From positions 1-35,725 of the forward strand of contig JAHLWZ010000453.1 in NCBI GenBank assembly GCA_020536535.1: a stretch of 35,725 bases of DNA, in the 5' to 3' direction. Of this stretch, positions 1 to 12,500 are shown piece by piece. The translations under genes and the position numbers were made by a program. Positions within the stretch are counted from its first letter, which is position 1. Each line of letters opens with the position of its first letter. The notes under the pieces are model-generated. The model was not told the origin of the DNA. It saw only the letters and a program-made list of their open reading frames with translations, and did not search any database. Origin of the DNA: Pelomyxa schiedti. Its lineage: Eukaryota > Protista > Evosea.

Positions 1-642
1 CTGCGTTTTCTTGTAGTTCGTTGTTACTGCAGTAATATCGTAAGGGCCTTGCACCCGTCATCAACAGTCATCCTATTTTTTTTTACTAGAATTTACCAGG
101 TTTCAACGGCAGAGAGTCAAAAGAAAAGTGTTTTCTTCACATTGGGATGTGGTGGAATGGCTAGAACAAGGTGCCACCACCTACTGTCGAGCATCCAGTT
201 CTTGTTTGTCAGTGAAAATTGTGGGACCACTGAGGGAAGGGGTTTTTTTTGAATGGAAAAACAGGGGAAATGAGCATCCTAGGTGAGGAGTTCCTGTAGT
301 GCTGCCTTGAGAAGGAAGGTGGCAATGGAGCTCAGAATGTGGGCACAAAGATGCAACTGGCCTTGGACTAGGGCGAGGATACGGCACTTCATTCTGACAT
401 TGCGGAATGAGGCAAACATCAGTGATCCCACAGATAGTAACCCCCTCCCTGTTGCATCAACTACCAGTGACAGGTCAACAAGAGGATGACACGCCAAGGC
501 ACAGAACACAAGTTCACTATAACATCCAACAAGGTGAAGCCACAACTGCACCTGTGTGGAGTTGTGAGCAAGCTTTTATGCGGAGGAGACAAAACAACAT
601 TGTCAGGAGGGGCTAGAACCAGAGGATTAAAAGTTCTATTCT
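1..642 (+). repeat. Copy 1 of a ~650-bp direct duplication (copy 2 at 32185-32847)
   Basis: Colinear with 32185-32847 from ctgcgttttcttgtag to aagttctattct. It differs by several substitutions and small indels, e.g. it lacks most of gggcaccagagattcaaaggcgctgcgg. It ends at the N gap. Confidence 0.97.
279..642 (-). CDS. 3' end of a second copy of the divergent ankyrin-like gene (32484-33749); 5' part lost in the gap
   Basis: Last exon VQLWLHLVGCYSELVFCALACHPLVDLS...LQELLT* and the preceding GTTCTA...ACAG intron match copy 2, with three amino-acid differences (Y/H, M/L, T/S). Confidence 0.75.
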
Positions 643-742
643 NNNNNNNNNNNNNNNNNNNNNNNNNNNNNNNNNNNNNNNNNNNNNNNNNNNNNNNNNN
701 NNNNNNNNNNNNNNNNNNNNNNNNNNNNNNNNNNNNNNNNNN
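643..742. other. Assembly gap (100 N)
   Basis: Run of exactly 100 N, a typical placeholder length. Confidence 0.99.
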
Positions 743-3700
743 ATGGTTTATGTGTTTTTCATACTGTTTTTGGGGAACTTACGTTTGGATGTGTTAGTGG
801 CAAGAATGGAGACAGAAAATCTTACGCGATTTGGTGGTGGGTCACATCTGCACAATCACATATAAATCTGATTTATGAGATAGGTTCCCAAGATGGATTG
901 CCAGTATTCTTCTCCCATTGTTTCTTTTGCTCCAACCTGTACGTTTTGTTTAGTTTGTTCTTCCCCCTTCATTGTATATTTACTTATATAAGAACTCAAG
1001 GCGGTAATTTTATGGGCTGCATATTCTATCTCTATTCGAGAAGGAAAAATGGCGTGCTGGATTGCCGTATTGTCCTCCCTAATTGCGATTATCCTTCTTG
1101 TCCTTAGAGGCAGACATGTATCCAAAAGGTGGATTTCTCCACCTGCAACCAAGCTACTCTTGAAGAGCATCAGTGTGTCCTTGCTTTACTCCAAAATGCC
1201 ATTTAATTGCATGTCTTTAGTTGAGGCACAGTTGGATTTCCTTGCCTTCCTTAGTACTGTGGCAGTATTGGTGACTATATTGAGAGCAAAAAATATTATC
1301 AGTTTTATTTCTCGAGGTGATCCTCGCCCCTACCGCCTTTATGTGCATGTTCAGATGGTTGTTGACTTTTTTTCCTTGATAGGCTAAACAAGTACCTCCG
1401 TTTAGGCTGTCTCTGTTGCAATCCTCTTATGCACCCCTCTCCTTCTTGTTATTGCTGTGACAGTGTGGAGGATACCAGCAACCTACAGAGCAATGAAAAT
1501 TACTGCTGCAAACCAACGAAAAAGGCATGCTGATCTAAGAGCGAAAAAAACTCTGAAGGCGAAAGAAGGGACGAATCAAAAAAAGAGAGATCATTTAATG
1601 GCATTGCTCTATGTCGCCTATGAGGATGTGAAGGGACCAGTGCATGTCATTTTCCAACAGACATATGGATGCTTGATTGACGCCCCCTTATTTGCATTGT
1701 TGATTCCCGTCCTTTTGTCACTTTGGCGTGCTCCCTCAGTCATCAGGGAGTTGTACAACACGGATTTAGAAAAGCGCCGGAGAGTGGCTGCATGGGCATT
1801 TTATCAGTGGTTATGTGACTTGCCCTTTGTTTGCATGCTTATTGTAATGCTTGCAGCTCCCTGGCGAATGTAGTAATCTCTCTTTTTTCCCTCCAATTTT
1901 TTTCCCTCTAAAAGACACTAAACAGGTATATACTATACCGGAAATATCCAAATGTATGCCGTTATGACATTTGGGAGCAGTTCATCAACCTCGTGTTACT
2001 GGATACAGCTTCTTTGTTGTCCATTTTCCTAATTGGTGTTACAATCTGGAGGATAAGTGACACGCGCACCAAATTGAAATCCCGAGGAGAAGCCCAACTT
2101 GGCGTTGTGCTTGTCAAACAAGCTCTGGAAGTGATACGAGACTTACCTTTCTTTTTGCTGCTTATTCCTATAATTTTCACAATCTGGCACGCAAAAAAGA
2201 CTTTGTTGGCTCTCGTGGCTGCCACACCTGATCTTCGCAGAGATATAGCACTAGTTCACTTCATAGAGTGGCTTAAAGACCTGCCCTACATAGTAATGTT
2301 CATTACTGTCACCCTTACGCTGTACAGACTACCGCCACTTCTTTTCAAACTTCGAAGGCAGGAATCACATGAGGATTCAATTTGGAGGGTACTTGTTGCA
2401 CAGCAGATGAAGTGTCTGTTCTGTGATGTGCCAGTTCTAGTTGCTTCAGCCTTCGTTTTTTTAAGCAGGTGGCACTGGCCCACAATGCAGAGGAACCTTC
2501 AGCAGTGTGATGACAAGCTGGGATTTGGCTTGCACAGAGCTGTTTTTCCTCCTTTTATGGAGTGCTTGTATGATAGCCCTTACTTCATTGCCGTGCTGCT
2601 GCTGTCATGTTCATGGAGGGCACCCTGGTTTTTACCAAAATTATGGAGACCAAGCAGTTTGAACGAGAAAAGAAGCATATGCCGGGAGTTCTTTATTGAT
2701 TTAGTCCTTGATGTGCCTGCAGTCCTTTGTGCGGTTGTTGTTTTCCTGCTTGTCTGGAATGCCTCCACACTAAAACATCAACTTCTTCATCCTACACCAG
2801 AACAAAATCGTCACAAAGCATGCTTTTCCTGCTTCAAATCGACAGTCAAAGATTTTCCCTACATCATGGGCTCCTTTGTGATCTGCATTACTCTAATTCG
2901 AGCACCTCTGTTCTTATTCCAGGTGAAGAGAACAAACACTCTCGAATCAAGAAAAAATGTTGTTTTCACAAATGTTGTGCTGATACCTCTTGACGTCATT
3001 GCTATTCCCGCTCTGTTTTTATTGCTTATATCCCTGTGGTGCACAAAACCGGCGTGGGGTATATTGAAGTCACTCTATGAGGAACTGCAATCACCAGTAC
3101 CACTTTCAACAGAGAACTTCCTGAAGTACTATAGTGACATCTTTTCTCTCCTGGGGATCTTGATGTGCACTGCTACACTTGTTGCTGTGTGGGCGCCACT
3201 TGCTTCGGTTGGCCCGTGGAGAGGTTACTTGTTGGTGAAGGAACTGAAGGAGAACACTGAGTACTGGGATTGTTGGACACACTTCTCCCTCTGCTGCAAA
3301 CATGGAGGTCTCTTGATGGAAGATTGGCTTTGTGGAGTTTTATTCATAATGCTCCTCTGTTCTTGGAGAAGTGTACCCACTTTCAAATCTGTGTTCTTCT
3401 CTGAAGCAGTGCTATCTTTTTCACATTGTCATCATGCCGTTTTATCTCAGTTGGGATTCTTTGTTGAGGATTTACCTTACCTGATCCCATTCATCTGTAC
3501 CCTTATCATTTCTCCTTGGCGTATTCCGAGTTTGGTCCAGAACATGATTTCAGCACAAGGTGATAAGACCAAGCCAACAAGAGATTTCTTACAACAGAAA
3601 AGAGAGTTTGTTGTTCACCAACTCCGGCTTGGGGTGTTAGATGTCTTTTGCGCCGCTGGTATTATCTTAATTCTTCTCACACTGTGGAGAGTTCCCTCTC

Positions 3701-6700
3701 TTCGTAGAAATTATAGAACGAATTCTTGGCATACTGTGGTTTGTGATGAACTTGTAGCATGGTGCAGTGATGCTCCTTATGTTCCTTTTGTCCTTCTCTG
3801 TTTCCTTTTCCCCTGGCACTACAAAAAATTGAGGACTTCTCTTGCAAACGATAACTGGCACAGTGGGGCCATGTTCCTTGCTTTCGAAGGACTTCTGGAT
3901 ATCCCTTGCTTCTTGTTAGCTCTATTTGTAATTGCTACTGTGTGGAACGCACATAAGCTGTGTGTAAAAATCAGAGCCTGCGAAGGTTTTGACAGGCACC
4001 ACTGTGTATGGCGATATTTCCTCAAAACAGTGCTGGACCTTCCCTATATTCTCATGTGCAGCATTTCCCTTTTGGTTCCTTTGAGAAGTCCACTCCTCAT
4101 CAAGGATTTTTGTAGATGCAATGGTCACAACGAAAAATGCACCGCCGCTGTGATGCATTTCTCTTTACTGTTTCTCGATCTATTTTGTGTGTTGATGTCA
4201 ATTGTCCTTCTGTGCACTCTCTGGCAGGCTCCAACATTTATTTCGATCGTCAAAGAATATGTTAGGAGCTTTACTCAGCTGAAGAGTTGCTCAACATTTC
4301 AATTTAATTTGAGCATTCACAAAGACATTTATCAACTGTTCTGCGCTTTGATAATTGACGTGCCTTTCTCACTCTGTCTTGCACTTACTCTTGTGTGCCC
4401 ATGGAGATTGTTAGAATTTGTGAGGTACGCAAGGCAAGCACATTGCACTGCTTCCTTCTGGGAGAAAAGAATTAAACTCCTAAAGTTGTCTTGGCTGGCA
4501 ATCGTCGATATCTCATGTCTCCCTTTGTTCATTCTCTTAATTCTATCGTGGCGAAGTTACCTCACAATCTCTTGGATGAAGGCCAACTCCACTTTTTCAC
4601 AAGCCCCGTCTTCAAATGTTGTTGGTAAGGCACCCTTGACAGTTCCCGAGAAAGGTGAGACTTCAGCCAAAGGAGCCAGAAAGAAAAGGAACAAACGTAC
4701 TGAACCCAAGCTTTTCTGTTCGATGTTTTCTCTTCATGACCTGTATACACCTGTCCATCCCTTTCTCTTTTTTCAGGGTATTGAGCTGTTAATTGATTCT
4801 GTGTACATTGCCGTTGCACCATTTTTAATGTGGAGAATCCCTTCAGTGTTGTACAAAGCTTTTTTCCAAGATATTACAACTGCTGTACTCAGGCGGAAGC
4901 TTGTATCTGATCAGCTGCATGAAGTTGCTTTGGATTTACCTTACTCCATAATTTCAATATTTTTGTTGCTGGCACCATGGAGAGTGTGGTTCCTTTTCCG
5001 CAACTGCTATCAATTACTTGGCAAACCAGATACTCTTAAACGCAAGGAAGTTGTAGCACAGACCATTGAAGGGGGAAAAGATCTGGCCTGCTTTTGCATG
5101 CTGATCATCACCACTCTTTCATGGAGAGGGGTTCTTTTGTGGATCCGACTCTTCACGAATATTGCTGACTGGAGGGATATTGCTTTTACAGGTTTGTGGG
5201 AAAGAAGGAGAAATAACTGTAACGCCTTTCAATAGAATTCAAGGACTTCCTTTTTGATTTGCCATATCTGCCTCCTTTTGTACTTGTTTCTCTTCTCAGC
5301 TTTTGGCGCCTTCCAGCAATGTTTAAAGTATTCCAAGATAAAACAGTCACAGATTCCTCCAAGCGCACATTTGTACTTGCTCAGTTCAAAGAAATGATCA
5401 GTGACTACACTTCAGTCCTGCTCATTATCGTCATCTCCATTACTCTTTGGCGAGCTATTGCACTCTGGCGTGCTCTTTTGAGCAAGAAAAAAGGAGACAC
5501 TTGGCATAGTGTAGTGTTTGAGAATTTCCAAGTGTGGAAAGAGGACGCACCATACGCCCCTCTATTCGTAGTCTTGTGTTTTGTTGCACCATGGAGGGTT
5601 AAAGGCTTGACATACAACTTGCTTTTTAATGTCTCACTCGATACACATGCAAAACACAGAAGTATCATGACCGAGTTGAAGGAGGGATTTCTGGATCACT
5701 TGTCCCTTCTCCAGCTCATTGTAATGCTTGTTACATTGTGGAGGGTGTACCCCTTAATCCGTGCCTTGTACAGTAATATCGAAGGGAGAACCTGTCGCAC
5801 CATTATCTTTGTTCAATTTCGTGAGTGGCTGCAGGATACACCTTACATACCTCTGGTTATTGTATTGTTCATTTGCATGCCATGGCGGATTCCTTCCTTT
5901 GTGCATGAAATTCGCAATTCCACTTCTCCATGGCGGAACCATGCACTCTCCAACGTGCAGAAGGGAGTAAGTGACATCCCTGCTGCCCTCTGTGTGCTAG
6001 TTCTACTTCTCTCCTGGAGATGTGTGTTCACTATTAAATCTCTCTGGTTTCATCAAACTGAGACTTCCGAGTGGACGACGGTTGCATTTTCTTGCTTTTG
6101 GGAGTTGATGTACGATCTCCCTTGGGTCCCTGTTGTTCTTGCCATGGGCTGTTTCTTCCCATGGCGGCTTGTGCACTTTTTCTTTCATCTCAAGAACTCT
6201 TCTTCTGTTCAGAGAAGGGATCTACTTGCATATTTGATGATGGGGTGCAAAGATTATCCTGCTGCACTGAAGTCCACAGTTATACTTTGCACTGTGTGGT
6301 ACCTTCGGCGGTACCTGTCAAAACTGTTGGCATCTCCTTCATCGTTTCATGCACTCACTTCAAAATACTTCATAAAAGTGTGTCTCGACATGCCTTATAT
6401 AATGTGCCTCGGCGTATCAATTGCCGTTCCTTGGCGAACCCCACTTGTTGTATACGATTTGTACAGGTACGGCTCGAAGTTGAGGGAGAGGAGATACATC
6501 GCTCGAACCCATATCAGAAGACTTCTCTATGATCCACTTTGCATATTTTGCTTCTTTTTCATACTCCTTACTGCCTACCGCCTAAAAACAACTCTGCGAC
6601 AAATTTACAACAAATTAAGAGAGGAACAGGAAGTACTTGAAGAAATGCACCGGGAGTTGGCTGTTAAAACCACCAAACCATCTAAAAGAAACAAAACACA

Positions 6701-9434
6701 AGTTCTGAATGGTCCATCACCCATGCAGTGGGCTCTTTTCTCAGAATTTAAGAAACTATGCACTGATTTGTTATGCATTGCAATATGCACTATTTTAGCT
6801 TGGCGGTTACCATCAACAATCAGCCGGATGAGGCTGTGTGCCAATGAAAAATTGCGTCTGACAGTGTGCCTCTACAGTTTGAATGAACTGTGCGAAGATT
6901 TACCTTATACAGTACCGTTCCTTGTTGTCCTGCTTTTTGGCTTGCCCCGCGTCACGTATTTTCATTTCAAGGAAGACAAACGAAGAGATGGCTTACTGTG
7001 GTGTTTATTTGCTTCACCCAGTATCACAAGTTATGAAAAACGCATGGCTGTGGCTGCTACAGCCAGGCTCGCTGTGGCAGATCTTCTGTGCTTTATTCTA
7101 AGTGTACCCATTTTAATAACAATGTGGCGTGCGAAATCGGCCTACACTGCTTTCACCCATTCCGCACACAAGCATCAAGTTATTGTTGATCAGTTCTTCT
7201 GTTGGATATCAGAAGTTCCATATGCATCTCTGGTTCCTTTAATGGCACTTTTCTTCCCATGGAGATTATTATTTTTGGCACGAGAAAAGCGCTTACACGA
7301 TGCCCGTGCCGTGAAGGGCAAGATTCTACACCATTTCTTCATTGGATTTGCTGATATTTTTTGCTTTGCCTTGCTGTGTTTGCTTCTACCTTTCCCCTGG
7401 CGAATTGTTGGATTCTACAGAACCAGAAAACTGACTGGTGAATTCCACATGAGTGTTTTTTACCAAGTTTTCCTATTACTCTCCGATGCTATTCTATTTG
7501 TGCAGATTCTATTTATTATTGCTTGTGTTATACATGTTCCACCACTTATTGGATACACTGTATCAAGTATTTTCGAATACTTCCGTTCCCAAAAGTTAAG
7601 GCGAAGTGCATATCATATTCCAATGTCACCAAATTCTGGATCTCCAGTCAGCAAACTTCCAGAAGAGTGTCTTGTCGAAATTTTCTCTCACCTCTCTGCA
7701 CGTGATATCGCCAAGTGTTCAGAGGTTTCCAAACGTTGGTACAACATAACTCAACTGGAGAGTCTGTGGAGGACTTTACTTGAACGCGACTTTCAACTTC
7801 TTGGCTCGAATCGGTCTTCAAGGCTTGTATACCAATTTCGATATAGAAGGCGAGCACTTGGGACTATTAGGTCAACACTGAGGACAGGGATAGTTGGCAT
7901 CAGGGCAGTTACAATGCGTTTATTTATTCAATCCGTGCATACTATTCCGCACAGCATAGCATTGCCTCTAAAACTACTTGGACTAGTTATAGGTGTACCA
8001 ATTATTCGGTATCATCAATACCGTGCACGTACACGAATAGGAATTACTTACATCGGCGTCCTTACGAGAACTGTAAGCACTGATTTCTGGCATCTTGGAA
8101 GAGCCTTCTTTGAAGCAGTTGCAATTGTGTTCCCTTTCTTGGTCTTAAATGAGATTTCTTTTGCTCTGAGCACTATTAATTTCTCGGTCCTCTACATAAT
8201 TACACTTGGTGCCAGAAGGCCAGAGCTTATACCAATGCCCCTTCTTGTACTTTTGCATTGCGTGCATTCGGTTGCTGCACCGTTCTTAGTACTCTTACAG
8301 ATACCAATTCTCATTTTGCCCGAACTCTGTCTGTGTAAATTCTACGGCATCTCTTTGTCCATCCTGGAATTGGGAAGAGTAATGTCATGGAGTTTTCTTC
8401 TCTTTACATTAGTGTGGACCTTCATGATTTTCCCTGTCTGTGAAGCTCTCACAATTCAATACATAGAGAAATATTTTGTTGCATTCTCCCCTGGATATCT
8501 TTACTGGCATATCGGTCGGGCAATCAAACACCTTTCCTTGAAAATAACCAAAACAGTTCAAGCACTCTACAGGGCATTTGCCCATTTGTTACACAAGGCT
8601 GTTAAAGCAATCTCCTCCGTTCTGAAGACTCTACTCTCCGTACTAATGCGCCTAGTTGAGATTCTCAGACTCGTGGTTCAACTCACGCTGCAGCTAGTTT
8701 TTGCTGTACTGGGAGCAAACAACCGGCTGCTTGCCATGATAACCCACAAGTGCTTCCTTCACGGCCAGCTCGGCAACATTCTCCTCACCCCTGCCTGCCT
8801 CGCCTGGGTGTCCTGGCCGCTCCTAATCCCCCTCCAGACACGCAGCATCGCCCTCGGGATCCCTGCGACCGTCGCGTTCCTGTTCCTCACACGCCAGGCG
8901 ACTCGCGTAGTCAGCCGGCACTGGAGGCACTGGAGCTTCTCGCCAACGCCTCAGCTCACACTGGAGTCCCTCACTCTCGTGCCCGTGGAGCAAGGCAACG
9001 CGGTGAGCGCCACGCTGCTCGGCACCAAGCCAGCTTCACTCAGCATCAAGGCCGCTTGCTTGTGCATCAAGTCCAAAGGCACCTGGGCAGCTCTGGACCT
9101 CGCACTGGGCCACGGCGCGGTCTCTTTCTTCAGAGCAGTCCTGCACCCTGTCAGACTGAGCCCGGGGATGTTCCCCACCAGTGCAATTGCGGCCGGAAGC
9201 TCTACTTTCAGAATCGCAATGAGGCTTCCTGTTTCCAAGCCGGTTCTACTTGCGAAGCTCGAAGACATGCGTGACAGGGCGGACAACGCTACTCTTGAAT
9301 TCGTTGTGGAATTTGGTGAATTCTTGATACACTGGGAGGCAGATGGTGTTTTGTTTAAAATCACAGCCACTCCCAATGACTTACTGCGCACATTACACAC
9401 AAACAAGAACCTCTTGGAGTTAGACAAATATTAA
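743..9434 (+). CDS. Giant (>2,800 aa) multi-pass membrane repeat protein with an internal F-box; 5' end truncated by the gap
   Basis: ORFs 1049-1387, 1457-1873, 1993-5235 and 5259-9434 join in frame through GT-AG introns (QM|AVSV, PWRM|YILY, AFT|EFKDFLFDLPY). Upstream exons (YAIWW|FPRWIASILL..QP|VQLKAVILW) extend back to the gap. The protein has recurrent D-x-P-(hydrophobic 15-18)-W-R units. Stop codon TAA at 9432-9434. Confidence 0.88.
7650..7795 (+). other. F-box motif inside the giant membrane protein
   Basis: SKLPEECLVEIFSHLSARDIAKCSEVSKRWYNITQLESLWRTLLERDF matches the F-box consensus LP.E.L..IF..L...DL..C..V.K.W.......LW. Confidence 0.92.
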
Positions 9435-9543
9435 TACAATTTAACAGTCAATAGCCAAACTACTTTTGTTTTTAGAAAAAGTCTATTATTCAAGTCTAAA
9501 TGTAAATGTGTACAGAATTCACTACTTGGCTTCGGAAGAGTAG

Positions 9544-12500
9544 CTAGAGGAGCATTTTGATGCGGAAAACAACAAGGAGGCGAGGGCCTTCAACTGAGTT
9601 GGCCCAAATATCCAGGGTACCTTTCCTTGGTCCTGTGTATGTAGAGTCAGCAGTTGGTGATGGAGTTGGCTCAGTGCTTGATGCAGTTGCTGATGCTGAT
9701 GCTGATGCGGATGTGGATGTGGATGTCGAGGCAGTGGTGAAAGTGGGGAGTGTAGGAATGAACATGGATGCGGCTGTGGCTATACACGAAGCTGCGAGGG
9801 AGATTGTGTTAGTATCTTCGGCTTTGGGATTGATGTTAGGGAGCGATGGTGCGGTGGTGTCTGCTATTATGGTCGAGACAATATTCGGACCAAATGTGAT
9901 TGGAACGGGGTTTGAGAGTGCCGTTTTTACAGAGGACGCACCGGCAACTTCGTAGGTCTGTGCATCAAACAAAAACAAGCCGTTGTCACGGCGAGTGGTG
10001 ACAAGTATCTGCATGATATTCGGGTATGCAAACAGATGCAGCCCTGTTAGTAGTTGCGGGCAAACATCTAATCTTTGAAGCAATTGGGGTCTAAGGAGTT
10101 CATTGGGTAATACATTACTGGCTGTTGTAGTAGTGGTTGAAGCTGGCGTGTTCTGTGTTTTTGTAGATGGCTGCCAGACTAATACTCTGCCACCAATTAC
10201 ACACCACACCTTCCCTTCATGCAGAGTCATCCCTGCAATGCGTTTATGGCCAAAAACAGGCACTGTAAACATGAGCTTGTTAGTCTTTGAGCAACATACT
10301 CCCACGCTTCCGTAGGCACCAACCCATACTTGCTCTGCGTCAGGTACATAGCATAGACAGTTCGGTGAGAGGTCAGAAAGAGGCACTTGGGCAAGGTTCT
10401 TCATTGCGCCATCAATATAGCCACAAATCACAAGTGTAGATTCCCTTCCACTTGCACACCACACAACGCCTGGTGACACAATTGCCATGCTTTGTATCAC
10501 AGACTTCGAGGAGGAAAAAAGCTGCAGTTTCCCTACTGCACCCCTTATCCTGGGATCAACAGCAACTAGGTTGGCTGATTCTACCCCACAAAATACTATG
10601 CCTGTTGTACTGCACAAGCACATTACCCATACACGTTTTTCATGTGACTCATGCTGCGAAGAATCTGAGGAGACAGTTGAGTGCACACGGCTGTGTTTGG
10701 AAAGTCTGACACTTGCCGGAATCGTGCCTGTGGTGTTGACGGTTGCAATCACATCAGTTCGTATACGGCATATATGTTCTCTTGTCTGACTGTTGTACAC
10801 TTGCAAGGTGCCATCATCACACCCGCACCAGATTTCATCACCGACTCGGAGGAGAGAATAGACACGCACAAATGGATCCACAGTATAGTCGACAGAGATA
10901 TCAATAAGGGCAGCTTTTCAGTCAATTAAAAGGAATTCCTAAGTTCATTTTATGGGCTTACAGCTGTCAGAGGTCTGCGCTTTGTTAATGTCATTAGCGA
11001 TGCTGGAGATTCTTTCCAAAGCGCCCTTGAGTTTTCCGTAGAATGGTGCATGTGGAGATGTTTCCTACAAACAATGTTAAAAGAGATCATGAAAGGCAAA
11101 TTACTTTCACAAGATCCTTGGCAGAGATTGGTAAAAAGTCAATGAGTTGAGTATATAAAACAAAGAGGTGTACATACTGCAATTAACATTTTATCTGCGA
11201 ATAAGTGTCTTTTGAGTTGAAGAAATGGCAGTTTAGTACATACATCGCGATATTCTTTGAATGGGAGTAATCAAAAGTTCTTGTAAATCAAAGTTTGGTA
11301 TTCCTGCTTTTTTGGCTGCTTGGATTTGTTGCTTGGAAATAAGGTAAGTCTAGCAATTTGCAGCTATCAACCAATACTTTGACGAAAGAGTCTAAGTCTG
11401 GGATAGTCCGGCGAGTCAGCAAACAATTGGACAGTTTAAAGTGATTTTCTAAAAATGGCGTGTATATTGAGACCATGCTACTTATAGATTCTTTCATGAA
11501 TGTATTGGCGACATTCTCTACTGATTGCTCTCTATTGCGCATTTAAAAAATTAAAATTTTGGTTGTCATGTGAGCTAATTACTGTTTAAATGAAGCTAAA
11601 AGGTCAACAGTAAAAGATAAAATGGGCACAAGAGTGGCCAGAGCTGTAGGCATAAAGCTCGGAATCATGCACCGGTCAGATGTTGCAAGCTTATTGGAAA
11701 GTGGTTCAATGAAAAACTATTTCCTCAGTTAAACAATTCACAGTAAAGTCAATGTCATTTCATTACCTTCAGTACATTTTTCATGTGCTTTACATAATTT
11801 TCTTCTGTGGTAACAAGTTCCTCCAGAATGCTTCCAATTTTGTCTGTTTTTCCTACAAGGGAGGTTATGACCTGGAGAAGAAGAATGTGTTCAAGGTACC
11901 ACACATATGTCTGTAATACTTTAGTATAGATTGCTGTGTGATACACGCTTGAATATATGTGGCAGCTTGAGTTATGTTGTCTTGGACGGTTGGTGGATGA
12001 GTGCTTGCGGACCCTTCAAGCACTCCATCAATAGGACTGGTGCATTTACCAATAACACTTCCCCCGCTGCCAATGCCAGAACTGCCGCTTCCACTGCCAC
12101 TACGTGAGTGTCCGTGGTGGCTGCTGCGACGAGTGTAACTCGGGGAAGGGCTTTTGTGTTGTCGGTTTGGAGAAGTATCACCTCCTCCAGACATTCTCAT
12201 CGAGGATTCTCGTCGAATTGAACGCCTTTCAGGAGAAGGAGAAAGAGAAGGAGAAGAAGGCGAAGGCGAAGGAGAAGGAGAAGGAGGGTTGGGATTGGGA
12301 GTGACCCCAAGAGCTGCCAAAGCAGATGTTGTGGCTGCAGCTGCAGCCGCAAATCCAGGAGGTAATTTACTGAGATCCGCGACTCCCGGAGATGGTGGTG
12401 CAGTGACTGATGGTGTTGATGAAGTTTGTGCCATTGGTGATACTGGTGAAGTAAATACAGAGAAACTGCAATGGCGATTACTGGACATGGAAGTAGTACG

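Noticed and set aside
8750-9427. ORFs 8750-9274 (+) and 8951-9427 (-)
   Set aside because: Alternate-frame and antisense shadows of the giant gene, in a GC-rich, stop-poor stretch.
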